Positions 10,301 to 20,155 of a stretch of 64,000 nucleotides of DNA are shown here, one piece after another; within the stretch, counting starts at the first letter, position 1, and the number at the start of each line of letters is the position of its first letter. The notes below the pieces were generated by a model. The model was not told the DNA's origin. It saw only the letters and a program-made list of their open reading frames with translations, and did no database searches. Where the stretch lies: IMG/VR virus record IMGVR_UViG_3300027708_000024, one strand, 5' to 3'. The DNA comes from a virus. A program made the translations under genes and the position numbers.

Positions 10301-13300
10301 TGCTTATACAAAATCAAATACAAATGCCACTGATATCACTATTGTTGCTTCTTATGCCAATTCTGCATATACTAAAGCAAATACTGATGCAACAGATATT
10401 GTAATCGTAGCATCATATGCCAATAGTGCTTATACTGCGGCCAATTTAGCACAATCGTATTCAAATAGTGCATTTACAAAGTCGAACACTAATGCCACTG
10501 ATATTACTATTACTGCATCATATGCGAACTCGGCATATACACAGGCGAACAGTGCCAACTTAACTGCACAATCATCGTTTGATAAATCAAACACCAACGC
10601 AACAAATGTTACTATTGTTGCTTCTTATGCTAACTCTGCGTATGCTCAAGCAAATACAGGAAATACAAGAGCGCAATCTGCATTTGATAAGTCAAATACT
10701 AATGCAACAGATATCACTATTGTTGCTTCTTATGCCAACTCTGCATATACAAAATCAAATACAAATGCAACTGATATCACTATAGCAGCATCATATGCAA
10801 ATAGTGCGTATACAACTGCTAATGGTGCCGTTGGAGTTAATACTACACAAAATACTAATATTACTATTGCAGCATCTTATGCTAACTCTGCATACACACA
10901 GGCGAACAGTGCTAATCTAACAGCACAAGCAGCATTTGATACTGCAAACGGTGCCGTTGGAGTTAATACTACACAGAATACCAATATAACAATAACTGCT
11001 TCATACGCAAATAGTGCATATACACAAGCAAATACAGGAAATAATACTGCACAGGCAGCATTCGATAAAGCAAATACTGGTTCTGGTACTTATGCAAACT
11101 CTGCATACACGGCAGCCAATTTAGCACAATCGTATGCCAACTCCGCATATACATCTGCGAATACCAATGCAATTGATATCACTATTGTTGCTTCTTATGC
11201 CAATTCTGCTTATACTAAAGCAAACACGGGTGCTAACAATAATACTATTACGGCATCATATGCTAACAGTGCTTATACCGCAGCAAACTTAGCACAGTCA
11301 TATTCTAATTCAGCATACACTAGTGCTAATACGAATGCAACCAATATAACGATTGCTGGTTCGTATGCTAACTCGGCATATACTGCTGCCAATGGTACAT
11401 CAGCATATGCAAACAACACATTCTATTCTAAGAGTGGTGGACTTATTTCCGGTGATGTTAGTATTACTGGTAACTTAGTAATTAATGGTACAACTACCAC
11501 AGTCAATACAACAACTGTTTCTACTGTAGATTCGCTGATTAAACTCGCATCTAATAATATAGTTAGTGATTCATTAGATATTGGTTTTTATGGTGTTGCG
11601 AATACAGGAACAACAGTAACATACCATGGTTTAGTAAGACAGGCAGGGACAAATAATTTCTTGTTGTTTAGAGGATTAACACAAGACCCATCAGGTAATA
11701 CATTGCCTGCAGGTTCTGCAACTGCTGCAAACACGGCAACGTTGTATGCTAACTTGAATGCATACTCTGCAACAGTAAATGGATTTGATATCTATGCACA
11801 TGCCAATGCCGCATACACTAAAGCAAATACTGGTGCTACAGATATTACCATTACGGCATCGTATGCTAATAGTGCATTTACAAAAGCAAATAGTGCTAAT
11901 CTGACGGCACAAGCAGCATTTGATAAAGCAAATAATGTAATTATTTCTTCACTTGATACATTTACATCAAGTGGTGGATCAACAGTCACATTAAGTGTAA
12001 CACCAACAACAAAAAATCTAACACAGTTGTACATTAATGGTGCATATCAGAATAAAGATCAGTATAGTTTGTCTGGTTCTACAATAACATTTACTACTGC
12101 GCCACAGTCTGGTGATGTAATTGAGGTTACAACATATACTGCAAACACCGTTGGACTTTATTATACATCTCAAGGAAATGTTGCATCAATAACAGTAAAC
12201 AATACTACCAGATTGACTCAAAGTGCCACTACAGGTACAATAACAATGGATCTTGCGGCCATTTCAGGATTGGCGGCAGGAACATATTCGTACCCATCAT
12301 TGCAAGTTGATTCTTATGGTAGAATAACAACAATTAGCAATCAAACACCTGTAACATCATTTAATGGAATGACTGGTGCAGTCACACTATCAAGTGCAAA
12401 CGTAACTACTGCTTTAGGTTTTACTCCACTATCAGATACAACAACATATTCGTTAATTACAGCAAATGCTGCATCTACAAATGCTTATGTGAATTCTGTA
12501 ATTACTGCTAACGTTGCTACAATTAATGGATATATTACAGCAAATGCGGCAAGCACCAATACTTATGTTTTTAGTTTAATTACAGCAAATGCTGCATCTA
12601 CAAATGCCTATGTGAATGCTATTGTTACAGCAAACGCTACATCCGCAAACTCAGTAATCAATACTAGAATTACTGCTAATGCCGCATCTACAAATGCTTA
12701 TGTAAATTCGGTTGTTACCTCAAATTTAGTTAGCATTACCGATGATACAACTACTGCAACAGCACATTATCCATTATTGGGAATCGTGACAACTGGTGCT
12801 CTTACTGTAGCAAATACATCAAGTACCAAATTAACTTATGTTCCATCTACTGGAACATTGAGTGCTACCTCATTTACTGGATCAGGTTCAGGTCTGAGTG
12901 CATTGGGTACGTCAACATCATATCAAGTGGGATCATTTGGTGTTGGAACTGCTGCATCAGGAGTTAGTGGTGAAATTAGAGCAGTTAATAATATTACTGC
13001 TTATTATTCATCAGATATATCACTAAAACAAAATATTCAAAATATACAGAATGCTCTCGATGCCGTGGAAAAAATTGGAGGTAAGACGTTTGAATGGACA
13101 GATGACTATATTGACTCTAAAGGTGGTGCAGATGGATATTTTGTAAGAAAAGAAGATTTTGGTGTTATTGCTCAAGATGTTTTAGAAGTATTTCCATTAG
13201 CAGTTCGTGAAAGAGGAGATAAACTTCTTGCTGTTGACTATGAAAAATTAGTTGCTTTGGCATTTGCAGCAATCAAAGAATTAAAACAAGAAAACGAAAA

Positions 13301-13343
13301 TCTACAAGATCAACTTGATGAGTTAAAACAAAAAATCAAGTAA
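7341..13343 (+). CDS. 2000-aa long tail fibre with C-terminal peptidase S74 intramolecular chaperone
   Basis: N-terminal KIQLKKS..GEPALN; many ASYANSAY repeats; C-terminal YSSDISLKQNI...FGVIAQD...AVDYEKLVALAFAAIKEL. Confidence 0.85.
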   Translation: MSNTKIQLKKSGVSGNVPVDLQYGEPALNYDDGRLYYKAADESIGYISSTDSFNTINVDSTLLFATSNTDILSINSAFGISVSGSGKTITIGDGATSNTAQGAFNHSNTRFSANGGTLYGNIDILGHANVQNTIVVGTGAYTILPNLVAQFTGNTELYSQVNQQNINANGTADFVVTADNGTDEINYLDMGIAGSTYVNSNYNSWHFVNPNDGYLLMQGNASQNFGGNVFFGTSGSGSGGNQIGDIVFVQGSDTDNEVARFVLHEGLVVKTKTASTSNSSGALVVHGGIGANGSIYGDAVYDSNIRILDRANTANITAQAAFDYANTIGAGTIDQTARDTANGAFDTANTDANNIVIVASYANSAFTQANTANITAQAAFDYANTLGNGTVDQTARDTANGAFDTANTGANNIIIVASYANSAYTEANSANLTAQSGFDKSNTNATDITITASYANSAYASSNTNADNNTITASYANSAYSEANLAQSYANSAFTKSNTNSDNIVIVASYANSAFTQANTGNTTAHASFDKSNTNANDITIVASYANSAYTQANTGNIIAQAAFDKANTDSTNTSIAGSYANSAYTKANTNADDITIVASYANSAFSKSNTNATDITITASYANSAYTKANSANLTAQAAFDKANTDSDNSTIAGSYANSAYSAANLAQSYANSAFTKSNTNATDITIAGSYANSAYNESNTNATDITITASYANSAYTKANSANLTAQAAFDNSNTKFSSSGGTISGPVTISGNNSLTVTGNLIVQGYTTTSYTNSLTLSNAMFSLHTSNTFAPLTTNDGLNIGIAFHYYDTADHQAILVRENSTGYLTWYNTSTNIGGNTDSKGITMGTFQTNALIANSATINGIELGAYSSSAYATANNNAAVNLNQNTNITIVGSYANSAYSEANSASATGQAAYNTANTNADNNTITASYANSAYTAANLAQSYANSAYTSANTNATNATIASSYANSAYIAANLAQSYANSAYTKSNTNATDITIVASYANSAYTKANTDATDIVIVASYANSAYTAANLAQSYSNSAFTKSNTNATDITITASYANSAYTQANSANLTAQSSFDKSNTNATNVTIVASYANSAYAQANTGNTRAQSAFDKSNTNATDITIVASYANSAYTKSNTNATDITIAASYANSAYTTANGAVGVNTTQNTNITIAASYANSAYTQANSANLTAQAAFDTANGAVGVNTTQNTNITITASYANSAYTQANTGNNTAQAAFDKANTGSGTYANSAYTAANLAQSYANSAYTSANTNAIDITIVASYANSAYTKANTGANNNTITASYANSAYTAANLAQSYSNSAYTSANTNATNITIAGSYANSAYTAANGTSAYANNTFYSKSGGLISGDVSITGNLVINGTTTTVNTTTVSTVDSLIKLASNNIVSDSLDIGFYGVANTGTTVTYHGLVRQAGTNNFLLFRGLTQDPSGNTLPAGSATAANTATLYANLNAYSATVNGFDIYAHANAAYTKANTGATDITITASYANSAFTKANSANLTAQAAFDKANNVIISSLDTFTSSGGSTVTLSVTPTTKNLTQLYINGAYQNKDQYSLSGSTITFTTAPQSGDVIEVTTYTANTVGLYYTSQGNVASITVNNTTRLTQSATTGTITMDLAAISGLAAGTYSYPSLQVDSYGRITTISNQTPVTSFNGMTGAVTLSSANVTTALGFTPLSDTTTYSLITANAASTNAYVNSVITANVATINGYITANAASTNTYVFSLITANAASTNAYVNAIVTANATSANSVINTRITANAASTNAYVNSVVTSNLVSITDDTTTATAHYPLLGIVTTGALTVANTSSTKLTYVPSTGTLSATSFTGSGSGLSALGTSTSYQVGSFGVGTAASGVSGEIRAVNNITAYYSSDISLKQNIQNIQNALDAVEKIGGKTFEWTDDYIDSKGGADGYFVRKEDFGVIAQDVLEVFPLAVRERGDKLLAVDYEKLVALAFAAIKELKQENENLQDQLDELKQKIK
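8240..11940 (+). repeat. Degenerate 21-nt-periodic coding repeat region of the fibre
   Basis: 7-aa blocks (ASYANSA / YTKANTN / ATDITIV); exact 74-nt duplicate at 9195-9268 and 9468-9541. Confidence 0.85.
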
Positions 13344-13345
13344 GG

Positions 13346-13353
13346 CATAAATA
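13346..13353 (+). promoter_or_regulatory. Late promoter variant
   Basis: CATAAATA upstream of gp13. Confidence 0.65.
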
Positions 13354-13373
13354 TACCATCATAGGAGAATGTT

Positions 13374-14153
13374 ATGCCGGCAATTACAAATAGACAATCA
13401 TTTAAGGAATACTGCCTAAGAAGATTAGGTTTTCCTGTTATCGACATCAACGTTGATGATGACCAAGTTGAAGATCGTGTAGATGATTCTTTACAGTTCT
13501 ATCAAGACTATCATTTTGATGGCACTCAAAAAGTATACTACATCAAAAGACTAGATCAAACAGATTTAGACAATCGGTATATCAATCTCGATCCTGCCGT
13601 AACTATTGACACTGGTAACAATCAAATTGAGATTATTGGTGTCACTCGAATATTCCCTATCAGAGATTCTCAAGCAACTGTTAATATGTTTGACTTGAGA
13701 TATCAATTACGTTTAAATGAGTTGTACGACTTCACATCTGCGTCATACATCAATTATACAATGACACAGCAACACTTGCGTTCATTAGAAATCATGTTCA
13801 CTGGTGAGGTTCCTATTCGATATTCAAGACATCAGAGAAAATTATTCGTAGATTGGAATTGGGGAAGTGCTGCTGCACCATTAGGTACTGTTGCCATTTT
13901 AGAATGTTTTGCTATTGTTGATCCAGAACAATATAATAATGTATGGAATGATCGTTGGTTAAAAGAATACGCAACATCAAAAATCAAATCACAGTGGGGA
14001 AGCAATCTTAAAAAGTTTGGTGACATTCAATTGCCAGGTGGTGTCGTATTGAATGGTCAAAAAATCTTTGATGAAGCAGAGGCAGAAATTAAAGACTTAG
14101 AAGAAGAAATGCAAAGTAAGTATGAAATTCCTGTTGATTTTTATTTGAATTAA
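13374..14153 (+). CDS. gp13: Neck protein gp13
   Basis: YCLRRLGFPVIDINVDDDQVEDR; WLKEYA..K.QWGSNLKKF..IQLPGGV; T4 synteny. Confidence 0.92.
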   Translation: MPAITNRQSFKEYCLRRLGFPVIDINVDDDQVEDRVDDSLQFYQDYHFDGTQKVYYIKRLDQTDLDNRYINLDPAVTIDTGNNQIEIIGVTRIFPIRDSQATVNMFDLRYQLRLNELYDFTSASYINYTMTQQHLRSLEIMFTGEVPIRYSRHQRKLFVDWNWGSAAAPLGTVAILECFAIVDPEQYNNVWNDRWLKEYATSKIKSQWGSNLKKFGDIQLPGGVVLNGQKIFDEAEAEIKDLEEEMQSKYEIPVDFYLN

Positions 14154-14154
14154 T

Positions 14155-15051
14155 ATGCCAACAAGTACCTATTTTAATTTCTATAAGAATAGACCAGAGC
14201 AAAATCTTATTGAAGATTTGATGGTTGAGTCCATTAAACAATATGGATTTGATGGGTACTATATTCCATTGGAAAATGAAGCAGCAAGAGATTTGTTGTT
14301 TGGTGATGACCCATTAAAGAAATTCAAAAATGCATGGCCATTAGAGTTATACTTGTCTAATCCAACTGGCGACTTAGGTGAACAAGAGTTTTTTTCTAAA
14401 TTTGGTTTAGAGATTAGAAACGTCAGCAATGTTATTTTGTCAAAAAGAACATTCTCTCAAATGTTACCACAAGGTTTGTATGAACGACCAAGAGAAGGTG
14501 ATTTAATATACATTCCATTTAGTGGCGGTCAAGGTGATTTGTTTGAAATTAAATTTGTAAACGCAAACAAAGATAACTTCATATTAGGAAGAAAAAATCC
14601 ATATTTCTATGAATTATCATTAGAGAACTTCAAATATTCACAAGAACTCATCGATACTGGTATACCAGATATTGACGTTGTTGCTGGCGATGCATACACA
14701 TTGACATTCTTAATGGATGTATCTTCAGGTTACGGTGATTACTTGTTTAGAGAAGTGGTATATCAAGGAACTGATGTTGCTAATGCCACATCGAGAGCAG
14801 TTGTGACTTCGTGGACAATATCACAAGAATTTGATAATACCGGAATATTGCAAGTATCAAATATTTTTGGAGAATTCACTAACGGGTTTGATATTATCGG
14901 TGACACCACAAAAGCACATTATAGATTAGTCAATTATGATCCAATATTAGATCAACAATATCGTGAAGTATATGATAATAAAGTTATTCAAAATGAAGCA
15001 AATACTGTTGTCAATTTTAGTGAATCAAATCCATTTGGAAGTCATGTGTAA
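14155..15051 (+). CDS. gp14: Neck protein gp14
   Basis: EQNLIEDLMVESI; FFSKFGLEI; RPREGDLIY; FSESNPFG. Confidence 0.92.
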   Translation: MPTSTYFNFYKNRPEQNLIEDLMVESIKQYGFDGYYIPLENEAARDLLFGDDPLKKFKNAWPLELYLSNPTGDLGEQEFFSKFGLEIRNVSNVILSKRTFSQMLPQGLYERPREGDLIYIPFSGGQGDLFEIKFVNANKDNFILGRKNPYFYELSLENFKYSQELIDTGIPDIDVVAGDAYTLTFLMDVSSGYGDYLFREVVYQGTDVANATSRAVVTSWTISQEFDNTGILQVSNIFGEFTNGFDIIGDTTKAHYRLVNYDPILDQQYREVYDNKVIQNEANTVVNFSESNPFGSHV

Positions 15052-16424
15052 TGGCAGCAATTCAATATAACGCAATCATACGAAAACTAGTTATTGGATT
15101 TGGTAATTTATTTAACCAGATTCAAATTGCTAGGTTTGAAAGTGATGGAACAGAAGCAGAACGATTCCTTGTTCCTATCGCATATGCTGGTAAAGAAAAT
15201 TACCTATTAAGACTGCAAGGTGATCCTGATTTGTACAAAAAAGTACAGATTACATTACCAACAATGTCATTTGAAATGACAGGTATGAAATATGATGCAT
15301 CAAGAAAACAAACAACAAACTTTAAAAATTTCTCAAATTTAAATGGTCAAACAATTGCACAGTACAATCCTGTGCCGTATGATTTTGATTTTCAGTTATA
15401 TGTTTATGTAAGAAATACAGAAGATGGTACGCAAATTGTAGAACGAATTGCTCCATATTTTACTCCAGATTACACAATAAAATTAAATTTAATTCCTGAA
15501 ATGGGAGTCACAAAAGAAGTACCTATTATATTAAATGATATATCTCAAGATGTTCAGTACGAAGGAGATATGACATCAAAAGTAAGAATTATTGTTTGGA
15601 CATTAAGTTTTACTGTTAAAGGATTCTTGTATGGTCCACATTCAGAAATAGGTAAAATTATTAAAACAGTGATTACGAATATTCTTGATGATTCAAATCA
15701 AGGAGTATATTCATTAGTTGCACACATGGATACAGGAGTAGGTAACTATCAAGAGGGTGAGCATGTCTATCAAGGTGCATCAGGTGATATATCATCGGCC
15801 ACAGCAATAGTTATTAGTTGGAATCCAGATACAAATAAACTCATACTGAAAAATTTGCATGGCAACTTTATGGTTAGTCATCCAATTATTGGAAAAAACA
15901 CAGGAACAACAAGAACATTTGGATCATATGTACTTCAACCAATAGAAGAAGCAAAAATTACTGTTAGACCTAATCCATTTACTGCAAATGTTAATGATCC
16001 ATATACTTACACAACAACAATACAAGAAATTCCAAACATAACACCTACTGTTCCACCTGTTCTGCATTTAGGTGATGACAATCCTGCTAATGCTGCTGAA
16101 CCTAATTCAAGTGCATGGGTGTTGATTGATGGTCCTTATTATAATGTAACTGGAGATCCAACATCAGGATTTATTGATGGTTATAGTTGGCGCAAAATGG
16201 CACCTGCAGGAGTTAATGCATTTAATAAAATGACATATAATTATGGTACAGATCATATATACTGGAATGGATCTAATTGGGTATATGAAAGCGACCTTAG
16301 AGGCATAGTGGCAACTGGTATAAATGGACAGTGGCCGTGGGAAGCAACATGGACAGATGATTATAAGGCAGCAAAAATTATAGGCAGTTATAACAAATCA
16401 ACTAACTATCCGGCAGTGCCGTAA
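15051..16424 (+). CDS. gp15: Tail sheath stabilizer/terminator gp15 with extra C-terminal domain
   Basis: IRKLVIGFGNLFN; VPIAYAGKE; LPTMSFEM; PVPYDFDF; QIVERIAPYFTPD. Confidence 0.9.
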   Translation: MAAIQYNAIIRKLVIGFGNLFNQIQIARFESDGTEAERFLVPIAYAGKENYLLRLQGDPDLYKKVQITLPTMSFEMTGMKYDASRKQTTNFKNFSNLNGQTIAQYNPVPYDFDFQLYVYVRNTEDGTQIVERIAPYFTPDYTIKLNLIPEMGVTKEVPIILNDISQDVQYEGDMTSKVRIIVWTLSFTVKGFLYGPHSEIGKIIKTVITNILDDSNQGVYSLVAHMDTGVGNYQEGEHVYQGASGDISSATAIVISWNPDTNKLILKNLHGNFMVSHPIIGKNTGTTRTFGSYVLQPIEEAKITVRPNPFTANVNDPYTYTTTIQEIPNITPTVPPVLHLGDDNPANAAEPNSSAWVLIDGPYYNVTGDPTSGFIDGYSWRKMAPAGVNAFNKMTYNYGTDHIYWNGSNWVYESDLRGIVATGINGQWPWEATWTDDYKAAKIIGSYNKSTNYPAVP

Positions 16425-16438
16425 AGAAAGAAAAAGAA

Positions 16439-16852
16439 ATGACAACAATAACAGGTGGTTTGATAATAACCGGCGGATTAAGAATTACCAAACCAGGAAT
16501 AGGTAGCGATAATAAAGCTAATCAATTCGAGCCTAACGCAACTGCATGGGTCCTAATGGACGGCCCATTGTATAATACGCTAGGATATCCACCAAGTGGA
16601 TTTTCAGGTGGTCAAAGTTGGAGAAAAATGGCACCAGCAACTATAACTAATGGTAAAACAGACTACATATATGGTGATGAACGTGTATATTGGGATGGTG
16701 CAAACTGGTTATATACAAACGTATATCGAGGAATAATTTCAGCAGGAACTGGTGGAAATTGGCCATGGGAATCACATTGGTCAGACGATTTTACTGGTGC
16801 AAAAATCTTTGCTAGTTATGCTAAATCAACTAACTATCCAGCAGTACCGTAA
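16439..16852 (+). CDS. Stand-alone paralogue of the gp15 C-terminal domain
   Basis: Shares EPN..AWVL.DGP, SWRKMAP, WPWE and the terminal KSTNYPAVP with gp15. Confidence 0.8.
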   Translation: MTTITGGLIITGGLRITKPGIGSDNKANQFEPNATAWVLMDGPLYNTLGYPPSGFSGGQSWRKMAPATITNGKTDYIYGDERVYWDGANWLYTNVYRGIISAGTGGNWPWESHWSDDFTGAKIFASYAKSTNYPAVP

Positions 16853-16863
16853 AGGAAAATAAA

Positions 16864-17382
16864 ATGACAAGAATAGCAGGCGGATTAAGAATTAATGGTG
16901 GATTAAAAATAACTGACCCAGCACCAGCTGTTGGCGCATCATTTACAATATTAGATACAGACTTTCCTTTTGCAGCATATGTTGGTCCAGGTATTATAGA
17001 TTTTGGTCAATCTATTGGAATGTTAAGTGACGGAACACATGCTACGGATACTGCTCAATATACAATAGCATTAAGTAGTTTTTCTGCTCCAAAATTAGCA
17101 GAAATTCAAGCATATTTTTTCACAAATGCGTTAGTAAATAATGGAACTCTTGGTTATAATTTTACCGTTACTGGAAGTGGTGGTACAAATATTACCAAAG
17201 TAATATTAGGTTTAGATGGTAGTAATTTTATTATTGCGCCAGCGAATCTTGCAGCAAGTCCAAATTATACAGTTGATACAAGCCCAATGTCCTCTATTGT
17301 AAATGCAAATGGTATTTTGGCTTTCCCTGTTACCTTTACTTTAGATTCTCCATTGATTACTCATCCTGGTAGTTGGTGGTAA
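16864..17382 (+). CDS. Hypothetical virion protein with GGLxIxGGL N-terminus
   Basis: N-terminus matches that of the 16439 ORF. Confidence 0.7.
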   Translation: MTRIAGGLRINGGLKITDPAPAVGASFTILDTDFPFAAYVGPGIIDFGQSIGMLSDGTHATDTAQYTIALSSFSAPKLAEIQAYFFTNALVNNGTLGYNFTVTGSGGTNITKVILGLDGSNFIIAPANLAASPNYTVDTSPMSSIVNANGILAFPVTFTLDSPLITHPGSWW

Positions 17383-17396
17383 AAAAATAAAACCCT

Positions 17397-17819
17397 ATGA
17401 ATACGTTTGATAAGAATATGGAAAAAATATTTGATGTGATACCCAAAGAAGAAACTCTACCGGTTGAAAAGAAATCATCAGTACCGGTAGAGTTTGATCC
17501 TGATTTGAAACAAGATTTAAATGATGCCTATGAGCAGTCAAAGGATAATCTGCAAGATATTATTGATCAAGGAAAAGATGCATTAGAAGAAATATTGAAT
17601 ATTGCAAAAGCAGGACAACATCCTAGAGCATTTGAAGTATATGGTACTATCATGAAAAACATGGTTGATGCCAATAAAGAGTTGTTGAATATACAGAAAC
17701 AAATGCGTGAAATGGATAAATCAAATAAAAAAGATGGTACCAGCACAACAATAGATAAAGCAATTTTTGTTGGTAGTACATCAGAATTAAATAAGTTACT
17801 AAAAGGTAAATCTGAATGA
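17397..17819 (+). CDS. gp16: Terminase small subunit
   Basis: HPRAFEV; IFVGSTSEL motifs. Confidence 0.9.
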   Translation: MNTFDKNMEKIFDVIPKEETLPVEKKSSVPVEFDPDLKQDLNDAYEQSKDNLQDIIDQGKDALEEILNIAKAGQHPRAFEVYGTIMKNMVDANKELLNIQKQMREMDKSNKKDGTSTTIDKAIFVGSTSELNKLLKGKSE

Positions 17820-18457
17820 AATCATTTAGACATTTAAGAGAAGAACAGCAAGAACGTAAAGATCCAAAATCAAAAACACTTCATGCGTTTGATATGGATG
17901 AAGTGCTGTTTCATCATGACCATTCAAAACTCAAAGTACATGTCAATGATAAAAGTGGTAAAAGAGTAAAGTCGTTAACCAATACAGAATACAATAGCCA
18001 TAAATTAGAACCAGGTCATCATTATGACTACAGTGATTTTAGATCACACAAAGTGTTTCAGAAGTCTGCTCATCCAATTCACAAGATGATTAATAAGTTG
18101 AGAGCAATACACAAGAATAATAAAAATGTTGAGATTGTTACTGCCCGTGCAGATATGGATGATAAACATGGTTTTATGAAAACATTAAAACATCATGGTA
18201 TTGATACACATCAAGTGCATGTTCGTAGAGCAGGTAATGTAGGTGCATCATCACCAGCAGAAGCAAAGCACAAGGTTATTGGTGATTTAGTAAAGAAACA
18301 TGGATATAAAAAAGTTCATTTGTATGATGACTCGCATGATAATTTAAAGAAATTTAAAGAGTTAAAAAAAGATCATCCAGATGTGGAATTTAATGCTCAT
18401 CATGTACACCATGATGCAGATACAGGCAAAGTGAAGATAACTACATCTAAAGCATGA
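17816..18457 (+). CDS. His/Lys-rich HAD-superfamily phosphatase
   Basis: AFDMDEVLF (motif I), IVTAR (II), K (III), LYDDS (IV). Confidence 0.75.
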   Translation: MKSFRHLREEQQERKDPKSKTLHAFDMDEVLFHHDHSKLKVHVNDKSGKRVKSLTNTEYNSHKLEPGHHYDYSDFRSHKVFQKSAHPIHKMINKLRAIHKNNKNVEIVTARADMDDKHGFMKTLKHHGIDTHQVHVRRAGNVGASSPAEAKHKVIGDLVKKHGYKKVHLYDDSHDNLKKFKELKKDHPDVEFNAHHVHHDADTGKVKITTSKA

Positions 18458-20136
18458 TATCAAATAAAGATTCTTACCGTGACAATTTACTTTTAAAAAA
18501 AGTAGGTGTCGAACTTAACTTTACGCAAGAGCAAGTCGAAGAATATATCAAATGTTCTAAAGACGTAGTATATTTTGCCAAAAAATATATGAAGATCGTC
18601 AACGTTGATCAAGGTTTAATTCCTTTTCAAATGTATGACTTTCAAGAAGATATGATCAGAACATTCAATGAGAACCGTTTTGTCATAACAAAATGTCCTC
18701 GACAAGTTGGTAAAACAACAACATCAGTTGCCTATCTGCTTTGGATGACGTTGTTTAATGATTCTCAAAGTATTGCCGTTCTTGCTAACAAAGGTTCTCT
18801 TGCTAGAGACATTCTTGCCAAATATTGTTTAGCATATGAAAACTTACCTATGTGGTTGCAACAAGGTGTAGTCACATGGAACAAAGGTAATGTAGAATTA
18901 GAAAACGGATCAAAGATTATTGCATCATCAACGTCAAGTTCAGCAGTTCGTGGTGGATCATTTAATCTAGTATTCCTTGATGAATTTGCGTTTGTACCTA
19001 GCAATATTGCTACAGAATTCTTCAACTCAGTCTACCCTGTAATTTCATCTGGTAAAACAACAAAGATTATTATTGTTTCTACGCCAAATGGTATGAATCT
19101 ATTCTATAAACTATGGATGGATGCAATTAATAATAAAAATGGATATAAACCATTTGAAATTCATTGGTCACAAGTGCCCGGTCGAGATGAGGCATGGAAA
19201 GAAGAAACAATCAGAAATACAAGTCAGAGACAATTTTCTCAAGAGTTTGAGACTGAATTCTTAGGTTCCAGTAATACTCTTATCTCTGGTTCTAAACTTC
19301 AGATGATGACATATATTGATCCAATATGGTCTAAAGATTTATTTGATGTATATGAACAACCAATTAAAGGTAACAAAGACGAAACAATCAAAGATCATCT
19401 TTATGTTATGACTGTTGATATTGCAGAAGGTCGTGGTTTAGATGCATCTGCTTTTTCAATATTTGATGTATCTACAACACCATATAAACAGGTTGCTAAA
19501 TACAAGAGTTCATCAATATCACCTGTATTATTTCCTACCGTAATTTATAATGCAGCAAGATTATATAATAATGCATATGTGTTAATAGAAATTAATAACA
19601 CTCCTCAGATTGCAGATATTCTACATAGTGATATGGAGTATGAAAATATACTCAAAGTTCAAACAGGAAACAAAAAAGCACAACAACTATCTGCTGGATT
19701 TGCAAGAGGTGTTCAGTTAGGTGTTAAAATGTCTACTCAGGTAAAAAGAATTGGTTGTTCAAATCTTAAAACATTAATTGAGTCTGACAAATTATTCATT
19801 AACGATTTTGATACCATATCAGAGTTGACTACATTTGTAGCAAACAATACTACGTTTGCGGCCGATGAGGATGCAAATGATGATATGGTAATGACTTTGG
19901 TTCTATTTGCTTGGTTAACAACCAACAGACTGTTCAAAGATATAGTAAACCATGATGTTCGAAAACAACTGCAACTGGAACAATATAATCAGGTAGACGA
20001 TGAAATGTTGCCAATTGGAGAATTAAGTGATGGGTTAGATTCACCTTTTGTTGTGGAAGACGGCGATGTGTGGGAAACCACTAGTGGGTCTGAAGTATAT
20101 TCGGGATATTTTAAAGAGATTGCAAGAAACATATAA
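18454..20136 (+). CDS. gp17: Terminase large subunit
   Basis: PRQVGKTT Walker A; VFLDEFAF Walker B; STPNG; nuclease VDIAEG and DDMVM. Confidence 0.97.
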   Translation: MISNKDSYRDNLLLKKVGVELNFTQEQVEEYIKCSKDVVYFAKKYMKIVNVDQGLIPFQMYDFQEDMIRTFNENRFVITKCPRQVGKTTTSVAYLLWMTLFNDSQSIAVLANKGSLARDILAKYCLAYENLPMWLQQGVVTWNKGNVELENGSKIIASSTSSSAVRGGSFNLVFLDEFAFVPSNIATEFFNSVYPVISSGKTTKIIIVSTPNGMNLFYKLWMDAINNKNGYKPFEIHWSQVPGRDEAWKEETIRNTSQRQFSQEFETEFLGSSNTLISGSKLQMMTYIDPIWSKDLFDVYEQPIKGNKDETIKDHLYVMTVDIAEGRGLDASAFSIFDVSTTPYKQVAKYKSSSISPVLFPTVIYNAARLYNNAYVLIEINNTPQIADILHSDMEYENILKVQTGNKKAQQLSAGFARGVQLGVKMSTQVKRIGCSNLKTLIESDKLFINDFDTISELTTFVANNTTFAADEDANDDMVMTLVLFAWLTTNRLFKDIVNHDVRKQLQLEQYNQVDDEMLPIGELSDGLDSPFVVEDGDVWETTSGSEVYSGYFKEIARNI

Positions 20137-20147
20137 AGACTGTATTT

Positions 20148-20155
20148 TATAAATA
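20148..20155 (+). promoter_or_regulatory. T4-type late promoter
   Basis: TATAAATA upstream of gp18. Confidence 0.8.

Noticed and set aside
8240-11940. CRISPR array or DGR template/variable repeats
   Set aside because: Repeats are in-frame, degenerate at synonymous sites and lack unique spacers; no adenine-specific variation pattern, and no cas or reverse transcriptase gene in the window
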